From positions 544,001 through 608,000 of the forward strand of contig CAVZQN010000004.1 in assembly GCA_963777505.1 (NCBI GenBank): a stretch of 64,000 nt of DNA. Direction: 5' to 3'. The notes beneath the pieces were generated by a model that saw nothing but the letters and a program-made list of their open reading frames with translations, was not told where the DNA came from and searched no databases. This document shows positions 1-10,497 of this stretch, one piece after another. A program made the position numbers and the translations under genes. The stretch is from an uncultured bacterium. Its GTDB lineage: Bacteria > Acidobacteriota > HRBIN11 > JAKEFK01. Position 1 is the stretch's first letter, and each line of letters starts with the position of its first letter.

Positions 1-54
1 AACCTCCTTATGTATTTCATTGGTGTTAGACGATGCAAATAGGGAAAAGGTTCA
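1..54 (-). promoter_or_regulatory. ECF-sigma-type promoter plus RBS for a gene beyond the left edge
   Basis: Minus strand reads TGAACC (54-49), 16 nt, CGTCTAA (32-26), then TAAGGAGGTT (10-1). This matches the sigmaE/sigmaW-like consensus. Confidence 0.55.
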
Positions 55-219
55 TGCCTGCTGAACAATTTTTTGTACTAAAAAAGCGTCAAATAGGCTG
101 TTCATTCCTGGAACGGCCCTCTTATATCCTTGAGATAGCCATTTGTGACATTGAAAAAAAAATTAGAAATTCCTAATTTTGCTATGATTAACTCTGTGCC
201 TTGCGGTTGAGCCTAAATA

Positions 220-1236
220 ATGACGATTCTTTCGCAGACGAGGAATGCTCTAGGCATTGAACTGACCGACCTTCACATCCACCTGGGAGGCGGAGTAGCG
301 CCTCATATCTTGTGGTCCCTGGCTCATCAGCAGGGATTTAAGCTTCCTGTCGCAAATTACTGGGAATTTGCACAATTTATTACGATTGACCCGGCAAAAA
401 TTCATTCGCTTGACGATTATCTGGATTATTTTCACTGGACCGAAAAAATTCAGAGTTCACCGGAAGCTGTTGAGCGATGCGTTTACGAAATTATCAGCAA
501 AGAATTTCGAAGTTCGAACGTTACGTGTCTTGAGCTGCGGTTTAATCCAATGAAGAGGAATCGCGGAGGAGAACAGGACCTGGATCATATCATCCATGCT
601 GCTCTTCGAGGTCTTGATAGAGTCGTGCTGGATTATCAGGTTCGTGCAGGTATCATTTTTTGTCTGGCGCGAGAATTTCCATTTGAAGTGAATCAGATCA
701 TTGCGCATAAAGCGATGATGTATCGTCAGCGTGGTGTCGTTGGGCTTGATGTTGCAGGCCCTGAATCTGCAGATTCAGATTTTCGGAAAAGATCGGGTGA
801 TTATGCCGATCTGTTTTCAACTGTACGTGATACAGGTTTAGGAATCACTGTTCACGTTGGAGAATCCGAAGCAAGCCCGGCGTCAGAGATTCTTGAGATG
901 ATAGAGATAGCAAAACCTCATCGAATAGGCCATGGAATTCAGGCTGTCAATAGCGATGAGGCGATGAAGACTCTCCGTGAAAAAAAGATTTGTCTGGAAG
1001 TTTGTCCTACTTCAAATCTTCAAACTCATGCTGTAAAGGATATGAATCATCTGCGCACAACACTTCAAACATTTCAACAGGCTGAAGTTCCCTTTACGAT
1101 CAACACGGATAACCCATACCTTTCCCATACAAATTTGCGCTACGAAATAGATCTTTTGTTGAAAAATGAAATTCTTACGAAAGATGAACTGACTTCCTGC
1201 TTTCAGTTAGCCCGGGACCGCAGTTTTATTCGTTAA
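220..1236 (+). CDS. add: Adenosine deaminase family protein
   Basis: Metal/catalytic motifs DLHIHLGG, HVGE, RIGHG, EVCPTSN, INTDNP. Confidence 0.88.
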   Translation: MTILSQTRNALGIELTDLHIHLGGGVAPHILWSLAHQQGFKLPVANYWEFAQFITIDPAKIHSLDDYLDYFHWTEKIQSSPEAVERCVYEIISKEFRSSNVTCLELRFNPMKRNRGGEQDLDHIIHAALRGLDRVVLDYQVRAGIIFCLAREFPFEVNQIIAHKAMMYRQRGVVGLDVAGPESADSDFRKRSGDYADLFSTVRDTGLGITVHVGESEASPASEILEMIEIAKPHRIGHGIQAVNSDEAMKTLREKKICLEVCPTSNLQTHAVKDMNHLRTTLQTFQQAEVPFTINTDNPYLSHTNLRYEIDLLLKNEILTKDELTSCFQLARDRSFIR

Positions 1237-1648
1237 CACTCTGCGACTCTGCGGTTAATTTTATGTGGCGCAATACCCGGCGATGGATCGTATGAATTAC
1301 AAAATCACTCCATACTTTCCAGTACGATTCCGGCCAGAGATTGTGATGATACCAGGTCGTTCCTTTCAGCAAAGTCATATTTTGTGAAACCTGGATCAGC
1401 CTGAACTCCCCTTGCTGCGAAACAAAAAATCCTTCCAAATGTGGTGGATGAATCTTTTCATACATTGTCCATTCTTCCATCGGGGCAGGATTTTGTTCTA
1501 CTGAAAAGCGCAGCAGAGAAGGCTCATTCCAGATCGTAATAGGTTCGACAAATGCGCCTGTAGAAAACATGCAGTGTCTGACGGCTCCAACTCCTGTGCC
1601 TTGAATTTCAGCGCGTGTTGGGTAAGCGATTCCGGCGCGGAAAATCAT
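1226..1648 (-). CDS. C-terminal SRPBCC/polyketide-cyclase-like part of a frameshifted DUF805-SRPBCC membrane protein
   Basis: Continues the upstream ORF in frame (ELPPP-EEMIFRAGIAYP) if one base is removed from the G6 run at 1656-1661. Confidence 0.75.
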   Translation of the reverse strand: MIFRAGIAYPTRAEIQGTGVGAVRHCMFSTGAFVEPITIWNEPSLLRFSVEQNPAPMEEWTMYEKIHPPHLEGFFVSQQGEFRLIQVSQNMTLLKGTTWYHHNLWPESYWKVWSDFVIHTIHRRVLRHIKLTAESQSVNE

Positions 1649-2603
1649 TTCTTCTGGGGGGTGGCAGTTCAGAAAATGAAACTACATTCTTCCAAACAGT
1701 TTGTGCAGGCGCCTGGATTTCCATCGTTGTAGTAACTGAAAATAAAGCGGGTTTTGGTTCGGCAGTCGATTGAACTGCCATGATTGCAATAACAAGCAGG
1801 TTCGATACGCAATAGATTTTATCTTCAGATCCTGGTTGAAATTGAAGTAAGTGTCCGATTGTTGCACCGATTAGAGCAAGGACTGCCATCAAAGGAGCAG
1901 ACATGAAGATGCAAATCATTCCTTCGAACGCAACGAGAAATAAGCATCCACCTGCGATCGATATTGCTAAAAGCGCTACAAGAACGCACTCTCCCCACTT
2001 GCGTTCTTGATGATAGCTGTAAATTAAGCTTGAAGTTAAACCTAAACAAAATGGCAAGCCTACAAAAAGGCCCCAACCATACTGATTTAACGTATGAACG
2101 CTAAATCGCGTAAAGGCAATCGCTGAAATGCCACTCAATACTACGGCAAGTAGTGCACTTCCAAATCTGCCTTTCGGAATTAAATCACTCAAACGCCAGG
2201 CAAGATTCTTGCGAGTGACATGAACTCTATTTTCGGCAGGTGGAAGAATGAAAAGAATTGCGAATAAGAACAAATTCAACACCGGCACAAAAAATAAAAC
2301 AACAAGCCACACAGGTAAACCAGCAGACCGTAATCTGCGGATCGTCAGAACACAGCCACTCCAGATAAACGGCAGTGCGGCAATCACTAATGCCGTAAAA
2401 AAAACGCGGTTTTCTGCCGTTGGCAGGTTTCGTGATCTCGGAAAAAGATATTCCCAGACCCCCCAATCTCTGGCAAAAAAATACCTTGCGATGAGGCGAT
2501 CGATATTGTATTTGACCGTAAAAAGTACAATGCCCCAGAAAATATATTCACTTCTACCGATTGTTCCTTTCGGCCAAATTAAGTCCGCGAATTTTATTTT
2601 CAC
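1608..2603 (-). CDS. DUF805-domain multi-pass membrane protein (N-terminal part; frameshift at about 1656-1661)
   Basis: GTIGRSEY and LTIRRLRSAG DUF805-like motifs, many TM helices, start of an SRPBCC domain (EIQAPAQTVW). The GTG at 2603 overlaps the upstream TGA. Confidence 0.75.
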   Translation of the reverse strand: MKIKFADLIWPKGTIGRSEYIFWGIVLFTVKYNIDRLIARYFFARDWGVWEYLFPRSRNLPTAENRVFFTALVIAALPFIWSGCVLTIRRLRSAGLPVWLVVLFFVPVLNLFLFAILFILPPAENRVHVTRKNLAWRLSDLIPKGRFGSALLAVVLSGISAIAFTRFSVHTLNQYGWGLFVGLPFCLGLTSSLIYSYHQERKWGECVLVALLAISIAGGCLFLVAFEGMICIFMSAPLMAVLALIGATIGHLLQFQPGSEDKIYCVSNLLVIAIMAVQSTAEPKPALFSVTTTMEIQAPAQTVWKNVVSFSELPPPRRNDFPRRNRLPNTR

Positions 2604-3019
2604 TGTTCCACTAAGTGAAGGATGCTTACTGTAATCCCTGAAATATTCAAGACGAAAGAAAAGAGACAACGATAAATCGGTAAAGTGTCGCGAATTGAAT
2701 TTGAAGTGTTGTCAAAAATACGAAATGTCGACCAAACGCAACAAATGATTGCAGGAAACCATAAAAATTGGAAAGTCATGAAGAATGCAGGATAGATTAC
2801 AAAAAGTATCAGCAACAATGGCGGAGCAGCATCAACCCAGGGAGGCACACTAGAGCGATAAATCTTCATTGAACCATTGCAAGCAAAAACACTGCAATGA
2901 TGAATTTCGTCCCAACAAATTCGATGATGTGAAGCAGAGCAGCGGCTGCAACGAATGATCGCGTCGCCCGGATCGAATCCGCTCATACAGTACGGACATC
3001 GAAGAAGAACTGCTCTCAT
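2600..3019 (-). CDS. Prokaryotic RING-finger (Prok-RING_1-like) membrane protein
   Basis: CPYC...CSRC...HHRICW...CSVFAC zinc-ligand pattern followed by about three hydrophobic helices; GGAG RBS upstream. Confidence 0.7.
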   Translation of the reverse strand: MRAVLLRCPYCMSGFDPGDAIIRCSRCSASHHRICWDEIHHCSVFACNGSMKIYRSSVPPWVDAAPPLLLILFVIYPAFFMTFQFLWFPAIICCVWSTFRIFDNTSNSIRDTLPIYRCLFSFVLNISGITVSILHLVEQ

Positions 3020-3043
3020 TTTCAGTCTCCTTTAACTTTTCAT

Positions 3044-3081
3044 ATTATACTGTGTTCCGTAATTTCTGTCAAGACAGAAAT
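3044..3081 (-). promoter_or_regulatory. Consensus sigma70 promoter with a palindromic operator over the -35 box
   Basis: TTGACA (3072-3067), 17 nt, TATAAT (3049-3044). The inverted repeat ATTTCTGTC-AA-GACAGAAAT lies at 3062-3081. Confidence 0.75.
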
Positions 3082-3120
3082 ATCTATTTTCGCGACGATA
3101 AAAATGAGGCGAGGGCGTGA

Positions 3121-4209
3121 CTATAGAACGAGCTTCAAGTTTTTTAGGAGGGCGAGATTGTCTTCCTCTTTACCAACTGTGATGCGAAGTCCGTCATTAC
3201 AATGCAGTGATTTCATTGAGCGAACGATAATTCCGTGAAGCAGCAACTCTTTGTAGATTTGATCTGCATCTTGTATAAGCAACAAGATGAAGTTTGAAAC
3301 TGAAGGAATAAAAGGTATTTTTAAGTCGTTAAATCCGTCTTCCAAAATCTTCTTTTGTAATCGATTGTGCTCTTTTGATTTTTCGATATGATCGTGATCT
3401 TCTAACGCGGCCTTTGCCGCTGTTTGAGCCATAACACTTGTATTGAAAGGTGAGCGTACCCTATTTAGATTTGAAATAATTTCTTCGGAGGCTATCCCAT
3501 AACCCAGCCTGATGCCTGCAAGCCCATGAATTTTTGAGAAGGTACGCAGTACAATCAAGTTCTGAAAGTCGTTCAGAAAATCCAGCCCTGTAAAATAATC
3601 TTCATTCTCAACATATTCAAAGTACGCTTCATCCAGAACTACAAGAACATGAGATGGAACTTTATGCAAAAAGGATTCAAACACATCTCTGCTGAAATAA
3701 GTGCCTGTGGGGTTATTTGGATTTGCAAGAAAAATAATGCGCGTGCGATCGTCTATTGCATCAAGAATTCCGTTAAGATCGTAACCGAACTGAATCATCG
3801 GGACAGCTTTGCATTCCGCATTCATTGCCATACTCACAACGCGATACATCAAGAAAGTCTGATCTCCGATTATGCTTTTGCTGCCGGGCTGCAGATATGT
3901 TCGCGCCAGCATATCGATCAAATCTGTTGATCCGTTCCCTAAAACAATGTTTTCAGGTGGAAAGCCTGATTTTTCTGAGATCGCTTTTTTCAAATAGTAA
4001 CCACCGCCGTCTGGATAACGGTGAATGCGATTCGCAACAAGTGTGATTGCTTCGACTGCTGCTGGAGAAGGCCCGAGACAATTTTCATTGGAAGCCATCT
4101 TGATAACATGGCTTAAGCCAAGTTCGCGCATCAATTCTTCTTCAGGTTTGCCTGGAAGATAAGGTTCGATCTTGAGAATATTTGCTGAAACTGTAAAGCG
4201 TGAACTCAT
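3121..4209 (-). CDS. hisC: Histidinol-phosphate aminotransferase
   Basis: ASNEN, GNGS, NPNNPTG, DEAY, RTFSK and GLAGIRLGY motifs. Confidence 0.93.
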   Translation of the reverse strand: MSSRFTVSANILKIEPYLPGKPEEELMRELGLSHVIKMASNENCLGPSPAAVEAITLVANRIHRYPDGGGYYLKKAISEKSGFPPENIVLGNGSTDLIDMLARTYLQPGSKSIIGDQTFLMYRVVSMAMNAECKAVPMIQFGYDLNGILDAIDDRTRIIFLANPNNPTGTYFSRDVFESFLHKVPSHVLVVLDEAYFEYVENEDYFTGLDFLNDFQNLIVLRTFSKIHGLAGIRLGYGIASEEIISNLNRVRSPFNTSVMAQTAAKAALEDHDHIEKSKEHNRLQKKILEDGFNDLKIPFIPSVSNFILLLIQDADQIYKELLLHGIIVRSMKSLHCNDGLRITVGKEEDNLALLKNLKLVL

Positions 4210-4943
4210 GTTTGCTTCCTTTTTTTAGGTGAAGAACCTTCAAGCAATTTTCGTATTTCCGATGTTTTCAGAATTCTGAATTCGCCAGGTCTAAGGCTAT
4301 CATCCCTTAAAGTTCCGATCGCAATACGCTTGAGTTTTAGCACAGGATGTCCGACTTCATCGAACATCTTTCGAATCTGATTTTGTCTTCCTTCGCGAAT
4401 GACAACTTCAATCCACGCATTTTTTTTTGTATGCACAATCTGTATTTTTGCGGGTAAAGTCTTGCGGCGTTCGATTACGATCCCTTCACGAAGTTTCTTA
4501 ATTTCGTTCGGATGTGGAATGCCCTTGACCTTTGCGATGTAGACTTTTTCGATTGAATGCGATGGATGTTCAATTTGTTGTGCCAGATCGCCATCGTTTG
4601 TCAGGATCAGTAAGCCTTCCGTATGGTAATCCAGGCGTCCAACGGGATACAGACGAAAAGGAAGACTATCCACTAATTTTACTACTGTTGGCCGGCCCTC
4701 AGGATCGTGAAGGGAAGTAATGTAGCCATCTGGTTTATTTAATAGAACAGCAATTTTAGGCTGTTTGGGTTCAATCTTTTTGCCATCAAAATGAATTTCA
4801 TCACGATCCGGATCCGCTTTTGTTCCAAGTTCATGAACAACTTTGCCGTTTACGCGGACTCTTCCTTGACGAATAAATTCCTCCGCCTTTCGTCTGGAGG
4901 TAACTCCGGCTTGGGATAGAAGTTTTTGAAGTCGTACTTGCAT
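4206..4943 (-). CDS. rluB: rRNA pseudouridine synthase, RsuA/RluB family
   Basis: S4 domain (RLQKLLSQAGVTSRR), catalytic VGRLD, EGRQNQIRKM; adjacent to scpB. Confidence 0.9.
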   Translation of the reverse strand: MQVRLQKLLSQAGVTSRRKAEEFIRQGRVRVNGKVVHELGTKADPDRDEIHFDGKKIEPKQPKIAVLLNKPDGYITSLHDPEGRPTVVKLVDSLPFRLYPVGRLDYHTEGLLILTNDGDLAQQIEHPSHSIEKVYIAKVKGIPHPNEIKKLREGIVIERRKTLPAKIQIVHTKKNAWIEVVIREGRQNQIRKMFDEVGHPVLKLKRIAIGTLRDDSLRPGEFRILKTSEIRKLLEGSSPKKRKQT

Positions 4944-4988
4944 CTTCTTGATCTAATTTCATCGAAAAAAGCGGGACGTGCAATGAAC

Positions 4989-5693
4989 TTATTCGTCAGA
5001 CCGGGACTCGTTGTTGTCAGTCTCTTCGAAAGGAGCCTCGAAAAAATCATCCTCTTCGACCGCAGGTGTCTCCAAAGGTATCGAGTCTTGCTGCAATTCC
5101 GATTCCGGCTCAAGCTCAAGATTTGATTCAGCCTGTGTATGGAAGATTTCAGGCTTTAATCTTTCGCCGATTAATTCTTCAAATTCCTGAAGCTGAGGCA
5201 TTTCAGAAAGATCCTTCAATCCAAAATGGATTAAGAATTCCCTGGTTGTGCCATATAGGAACGGGCGTCCGACAACACGCTTTCTACCCAAAACTTTTAT
5301 GAAGTTGCATTCAAGCAGTGTCTTCAAAGCGCCTGCAGCATTGCACGAACGGATCTCAGAAATTTCGGGTAACGTAATGGGTTGTTTATACGAAACAATA
5401 GCCAGTGTTTCAAGTGCTGAGCGTGACAAACGAATAACAAGAGGCTTTGAGAATAGTGACTGAATGTGTGAGTCCCATCGTGGATGAGTAAAAAGCTGGT
5501 ACCCACTTGCGACCTCACGTAATACGAAACCGCTGTCGCGCGTTTCAAGATCCTGCCGAAGTTCAGCCAATACTTCCTGAATCGTGTTTTTTTCAACATC
5601 AGGAATCACCGACAAAAAGTGATCCAACGTTAAAGGTTCGGTAGCAGTGAACATTAATGCTTCAAGTAAAGATCTGATTTCTACTTTTTCCAT
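4989..5693 (-). CDS. scpB: SMC-Scp complex subunit ScpB
   Basis: LSRSALETLAIVSYKQPIT and GRPFLYGTTREFL motifs; acidic tail. Confidence 0.93.
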   Translation of the reverse strand: MEKVEIRSLLEALMFTATEPLTLDHFLSVIPDVEKNTIQEVLAELRQDLETRDSGFVLREVASGYQLFTHPRWDSHIQSLFSKPLVIRLSRSALETLAIVSYKQPITLPEISEIRSCNAAGALKTLLECNFIKVLGRKRVVGRPFLYGTTREFLIHFGLKDLSEMPQLQEFEELIGERLKPEIFHTQAESNLELEPESELQQDSIPLETPAVEEDDFFEAPFEETDNNESRSDE

Positions 5694-5823
5694 AAGGGCA
5701 CATTGTACTCATATCATCCCCGAAATTCAAAGTGTTCTTTGCATCCAGTATCCCGCCTCTCCCATCCCGCATTGCAAAGGGAGCTATTGGTTGCAACTTG
5801 AAATGTGTATATGATGTTCAGTA

Positions 5824-6651
5824 ATGATTACACAATCAGACTACTTTAAAGATCTGGCAATAAGACCGGAATCAAAAGTTAGCCTTTCTGAAGCAGCTCT
5901 CAAGATCGCTTGTGATGAATATCCAGACCTTGACGTTCCTTACTATACAAATGTATTGAGGTTATGGAGCCGCAAAGTAAAAGAGAAATGCAGCGGGTTG
6001 TCAGTGCATCTTCAGTTAGAACGTTTGAATGAATGGTTATTTGAAAGGTTAAATTTTTCCGGCAACCTGGACAACTATTACGATCCACGTAACAGCTTCT
6101 TGAATGATGTTATTGAAAGGCGCACCGGAATCCCCATTTCACTTTCGGTAATTTATCTGGAACTTGCCTGGTCGTTAGGGTTGAAAGCTTGCGGAGTTGC
6201 ATTTCCCGGGCATTTTCTGGTTCGAGTCATCGCAGAAGGGAAACCACTTTATATAGATGCATTTCACAAAGGAAACATTATGACGGCTGGTGGATGTAAG
6301 GAATTCTTAGCCCAGCTTACCGAAGGTGAAATGGATTTTGACGAAAGATATTTGGATGGTGTGAATAAGAAAGAAATCATTTGCCGAATGCTTCGCAATC
6401 TGAAACGCATTTATCTTGACATTGATAGCTATCCCAAATTAATTAATGTTCTCGATTGTCTGGTGATGCTCAATCCCGGGAATCCCGAAGAAGTGCGCGA
6501 TCGTGGAATTATTCATTACCAGATGAAAGCCTTTAAGAATGCATTTGAAGATTTTGAAGTTTTTCTTTCGATGGCCCCAGATTCTGAAGACGCTGAAGTG
6601 ATCCAGCAATATTTGCAAATTATGCGCGAATATACTTCCCGCGTAAATTAA
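5824..6651 (+). CDS. SirB1-family transglutaminase-like/TPR protein
   Basis: YYDPRNSFLNDV, GIPISLS, FPGHFL, RMLRNLK; C-terminal TPR (RDRG). Confidence 0.88.
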   Translation: MITQSDYFKDLAIRPESKVSLSEAALKIACDEYPDLDVPYYTNVLRLWSRKVKEKCSGLSVHLQLERLNEWLFERLNFSGNLDNYYDPRNSFLNDVIERRTGIPISLSVIYLELAWSLGLKACGVAFPGHFLVRVIAEGKPLYIDAFHKGNIMTAGGCKEFLAQLTEGEMDFDERYLDGVNKKEIICRMLRNLKRIYLDIDSYPKLINVLDCLVMLNPGNPEEVRDRGIIHYQMKAFKNAFEDFEVFLSMAPDSEDAEVIQQYLQIMREYTSRVN

Positions 6652-6668
6652 ATTCAACCGCCAAGGCC

Positions 6669-7484
6669 CTAAATCGCCAGGATTAGCTCTTCTAATTTTT
6701 CCGGATACTCCAAATGTGGGTAATGGCCACACTCATTGAACTCATGATACTTAGCCATTTTCATCGATGATTGCAGTCTTGCCCGAAATTTACTGCTTAC
6801 AACAGGGTCATTTTTCCCAAATACTAAAATAGAGGGCGTATAAATACCTTGCCAATGAATTACTGTTTTGGGCGCTCGGAGCGCCTTTGGAATCCAGCGC
6901 CGCACGTGTCCTGTTTGAAAGGAATCCCACCATTCGGATATGAGTTCGGAAGTCAGCAATTCAGAACGAAAGAAGTTTTTTGAGAGTTGTCTATGAAGCG
7001 CTTTTTTTGAAACTGGAAAAATCTTCGTAATCATTTCGCCTATTCCGGGTTGTGCAGCAATCTTCCAAAATGGGTTCAGAGTCGCAGTGTCATCCACCGG
7101 GCTGGTTAATATAAGATGCTTCAGTTTTTCCGGTGAATCTAAGGCGAAGGCGGCCAATATGTTACTCCCCATAGAGCAACCGACGCCGATGAACTGTTGA
7201 ACATTGATCGCTTGCAGAAACTCATTCAAGAATCGTACATGGTAGTTCAACCCCGGCTCTTCCAGAGGAAGAGATGAACTGCCATTTCCTGGCAAGTCAG
7301 GAGCGACAATTCTTCCGTTGAATTTGATGGAAGACATCCATTCCCGCCACAAAAAAGCACCCGACGAAAAACTATGAAGACAAACTACAGTATTCGGATC
7401 ATTATTGCTTTCCCGCTCCAAATAATGAATCCGAAGGCCTCCTACGTTGCAAAATCTTTCCTGAATCTCAATCACGTTTAACAT
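6669..7484 (-). CDS. Alpha/beta fold hydrolase
   Basis: APDLPGNG, GCSMG nucleophile elbow, GKND, GHYPHLEYP. Start moved to MLNVIEIQ. Confidence 0.85.
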   Translation of the reverse strand: MLNVIEIQERFCNVGGLRIHYLERESNNDPNTVVCLHSFSSGAFLWREWMSSIKFNGRIVAPDLPGNGSSSLPLEEPGLNYHVRFLNEFLQAINVQQFIGVGCSMGSNILAAFALDSPEKLKHLILTSPVDDTATLNPFWKIAAQPGIGEMITKIFPVSKKALHRQLSKNFFRSELLTSELISEWWDSFQTGHVRRWIPKALRAPKTVIHWQGIYTPSILVFGKNDPVVSSKFRARLQSSMKMAKYHEFNECGHYPHLEYPEKLEELILAI

Positions 7485-7584
7485 GATAAGCCATTGACTT
7501 GGAGACATACCGTTTTTAACATTGATTTTATGGAACACGATTTGGCCGGAAGTTCCAGTGATGCAAGGTTTTAGGGTATAATTC

Positions 7585-7959
7585 ATGTCGTTGATGGCCT
7601 TTAAAGTTCCAGAGAAGCAAATATTTAAGATTGGAGAGGTTTGCGAGATGCTTCAACTGGAGCCGTATGTCTTGCGCTACTGGGAATCAGAATTTGAAGA
7701 TCTGGCTCCTCAGAAGAATGCGATGGGACAACGGATCTATCGACCTCGTGATATTGAGACGATTTATTTAATCAAAAAGCTTTTATATGAAGAAGGTTAC
7801 ACGATTGTAGGAGCGCGAAAGCAATTAAAGCGGGAAATTGCAAAACTCAATGGCAGCATCGATTCATCGATGGATCGTGATGAAGTCGTACAAAATTTAC
7901 GAAAAATTCGGTGGGAATTGCAGGAAATCCTCACCTTATTGGACCGCAACGGGAAATAA
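7585..7959 (+). CDS. MerR-family transcriptional regulator
   Basis: FKIGEV...VLRYWESEF...LLYEEGYTIVGAR; lies directly upstream of tRNA-Pro. Confidence 0.9.
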   Translation: MSLMAFKVPEKQIFKIGEVCEMLQLEPYVLRYWESEFEDLAPQKNAMGQRIYRPRDIETIYLIKKLLYEEGYTIVGARKQLKREIAKLNGSIDSSMDRDEVVQNLRKIRWELQEILTLLDRNGK

Positions 7960-7968
7960 ACCTTCAGT

Positions 7969-7996
7969 TTGACTACCTTCTTAATAGACGTATAAT
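7969..7996 (+). promoter_or_regulatory. Probable sigma70 promoter of the tRNA-Pro pair
   Basis: TTGACT, 16 nt, TATAAT, about 60 nt upstream of the first tRNA. Confidence 0.55.
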
Positions 7997-8059
7997 TTCC
8001 AGTCTTACGATTTCAGGTTCTGTGTCTTTGCGGTTAATTTTATTCGAAATTGTAAGTGT

Positions 8060-8136
8060 CGGGACGTAGCGCAGCCTGGTAGCGCACATGCTTGGGGTGC
8101 ATGGGGTCGGAGGTTCAAATCCTCTCGTCCCGACCA
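8060..8136 (+). tRNA. tRNA-Pro(GGG)
   Basis: Acceptor CGGGACG/CGTCCCG, anticodon arm CATGC-TTGGGGT-GCATG, T-loop TTCAAAT, encoded CCA. Confidence 0.96.
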
Positions 8137-8165
8137 TTCTTTGTGTCTTTGCGGTAATTTTTGGT

Positions 8166-8243
<78 letters not shown>

Positions 8244-8273
8244 TTCTTTTTGTGTCTTTGCGGTTCAAAGAGT

Positions 8274-8549
8274 ATGCGAGCTCGAAGATATTTCATCTCG
8301 GGTGACGTTCAGGGTGTAGGCTTCCGCTATTTTGTGATGCGTGAAGTTCAACGGATAGGTTCAATAAAAGGTTTTGTGAGAAATCTAAGAGATGGACGCG
8401 TTGAAGTTTATGCGGAAGGAGAAGAGGATTTAATTCGAGAACTAGAAAAATCTTTGCATAAAGGCCCGGGAATGTCGGAAGTTACAAACGTTAGAATTGA
8501 TGAAGAAACGCCTGACGGGAAATACGCAGATTTTAGAATTACATTTTGA
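8274..8549 (+). CDS. acyP: Acylphosphatase
   Basis: [10 protein letters not shown] and [12 protein letters not shown] signatures; start at ATG 8274. Confidence 0.92.
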   Translation: MRARRYFISGDVQGVGFRYFVMREVQRIGSIKGFVRNLRDGRVEVYAEGEEDLIRELEKSLHKGPGMSEVTNVRIDEETPDGKYADFRITF

Positions 8550-8557
8550 TCAACTGA

Positions 8558-9082
8558 TTGGAGGGTGAATTGGACCTGAAAGAATGCATTCGCGATGTGC
8601 CTGATTTTCCGAAGCAAGGAATTATTTTTAAAGATATTACGACTCTGTTGAAGAATCCTGAAGCGTTGCGTTGTACAGTGGATCTACTGGCTGAACGTTA
8701 CAAGGATCAAAAAATTGATCAAGTTGTCGCGATAGAATCGCGTGGATTTATTTTTGGAAGTCCACTTGCGTATCACATTGGCGCTGGTTTTATTCCTGTT
8801 CGAAAGCCCGGAAAACTTCCTTCCATAACGGAACGCGTCTCCTATGAGCTCGAATATGGAACTGACAGTCTGGAAATTCACCGTGATGCTGTCGAACCTG
8901 GGCAAACGGTTTTAATCGTTGATGACCTTTTGGCAACCGGCGGAACTGCTCAAGCTGTTGCACAACTCATGGAAAAACTTCAGGCTAAAGTTGCAGGTTT
9001 TGCTTTTGTAGTCGAATTGATGTTCTTAAACGGGCGAAAACGTCTCACAAATTACGAAGTCCATTCGCTTATTCAATATTAA
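8558..9082 (+). CDS. apt: Adenine phosphoribosyltransferase
   Basis: [26 protein letters not shown] and PRPP motif [10 protein letters not shown]. Confidence 0.95.
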   Translation: MEGELDLKECIRDVPDFPKQGIIFKDITTLLKNPEALRCTVDLLAERYKDQKIDQVVAIESRGFIFGSPLAYHIGAGFIPVRKPGKLPSITERVSYELEYGTDSLEIHRDAVEPGQTVLIVDDLLATGGTAQAVAQLMEKLQAKVAGFAFVVELMFLNGRKRLTNYEVHSLIQY

Positions 9083-10428
9083 GACGCAACTTCAGCATCT
9101 CGTTTCTTCAAAATCATTTTCATTCCGTACTTTGGCCGCAATGTAATGGATGGCTGCAATACGACCGGATGATTTGGAACGAGATCGAGTTGAAATGCAC
9201 GAAGAATTGTTACCATCAGCAATACAGCTTCCATCATTGCGAAGGAATTTCCGATACATTGACGTGGTCCTCCGCTAAACGGAAAATATGCATACTTCGG
9301 AATCCTTTTCAGTAAATCATCTGCCCATCGTTCCGGATGAAATTCCAATGGATTTTCAAAGAATCGTGGATCTCTGTGCGTGACATACTGACTTAAGAAA
9401 ATTGTTGTTCCTGCTGGAACATGATACCCACCGATTTCACAATCGCTTATCGCTTCGCGTCCATATCCATAAGCCGGGGGATAAAGACGCATTGATTCCA
9501 GGATGACCATCTCCGCATATTTGAGGTTTGCTAAATCATCGACAGAAGCGTTCCGATCTTCCAACACATTTCCGCACTCCTCCAATAGTTTCGATCTAAC
9601 AACTGGATGCTGTGATAGCAAATACAACGTCCATGACAGTGCGATCGCTGTCGTTTCGTGACCTGCTAAAAAGAGTGTGATGATTTCGTCTCGCAACTGA
9701 GTATCTGTCATACCGCTCCCATCTTCATCACGAGCATTCAGCAGCATGGAAAGTAAATCGCCAGTTTCATCTTTGGTACTTCTACGGCTCTTGATAATGC
9801 TGTAGATCATGTCATCAAATTTTCTGATAGCTTTTTTGAATCGGATGTTGCCAGGTGTTGGAATAGACTCTGGAAGAAAAAATGGTCTTCCAAAGCGGGA
9901 TTGAAATTCCTGCATAACGACTTCCATTGCATTGCCCACATCTTTTGATTCTTTACTTACGTCGGCATTGAAGAGTGTTTTGGCAACAATTTGCATTGTG
10001 AGTGCCATGATATCCTCGTGCACATCACGTGTTTGCCCATCCTGCCAATGCCCGAGCATACGCTTTGTGTACTCGACCATTATTTCTCCGTACAACGCAA
10101 TTCTGTTTTTATGAAATGCGGGTTGCGCAAGTCTGCGCTGCCGGATCCAAAAATCCCCTTCACTTGTTAGCAAGCCTGTCCCAAACAAGCTTGTAAGATG
10201 GCGCCAAATTTTATGCTTCTTGAAATTGCGATTTGCGGTAACAAGTACATACTCAATGTCATCAGGATGTAGAATTAAGTAGGAGTGCAAGTTTGGAATT
10301 CTGAACCGTACGACATCTCCATATTCTTTTGCGCATTGCAAGAACATGCCTAGAATGTCACGCCGGAATTCAGGTAAATTTCCTAGCAGCCAATTGCCTT
10401 TGGGTCCGGGCGGAAGTTTTTGAGCCAT
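9079..10428 (-). CDS. Cytochrome P450
   Basis: LPPGP, AGHETT, ESMR (ExxR), PERW, heme motif [10 protein letters not shown]. Confidence 0.95.
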   Translation of the reverse strand: MAQKLPPGPKGNWLLGNLPEFRRDILGMFLQCAKEYGDVVRFRIPNLHSYLILHPDDIEYVLVTANRNFKKHKIWRHLTSLFGTGLLTSEGDFWIRQRRLAQPAFHKNRIALYGEIMVEYTKRMLGHWQDGQTRDVHEDIMALTMQIVAKTLFNADVSKESKDVGNAMEVVMQEFQSRFGRPFFLPESIPTPGNIRFKKAIRKFDDMIYSIIKSRRSTKDETGDLLSMLLNARDEDGSGMTDTQLRDEIITLFLAGHETTAIALSWTLYLLSQHPVVRSKLLEECGNVLEDRNASVDDLANLKYAEMVILESMRLYPPAYGYGREAISDCEIGGYHVPAGTTIFLSQYVTHRDPRFFENPLEFHPERWADDLLKRIPKYAYFPFSGGPRQCIGNSFAMMEAVLLMVTILRAFQLDLVPNHPVVLQPSITLRPKYGMKMILKKRDAEVAS

Positions 10429-10497
10429 CAAATTATTTTGTCCCAAAACTTGTAATGATAGGTTTATTTTGAGTGAAATAATAATAATGTAATACGT

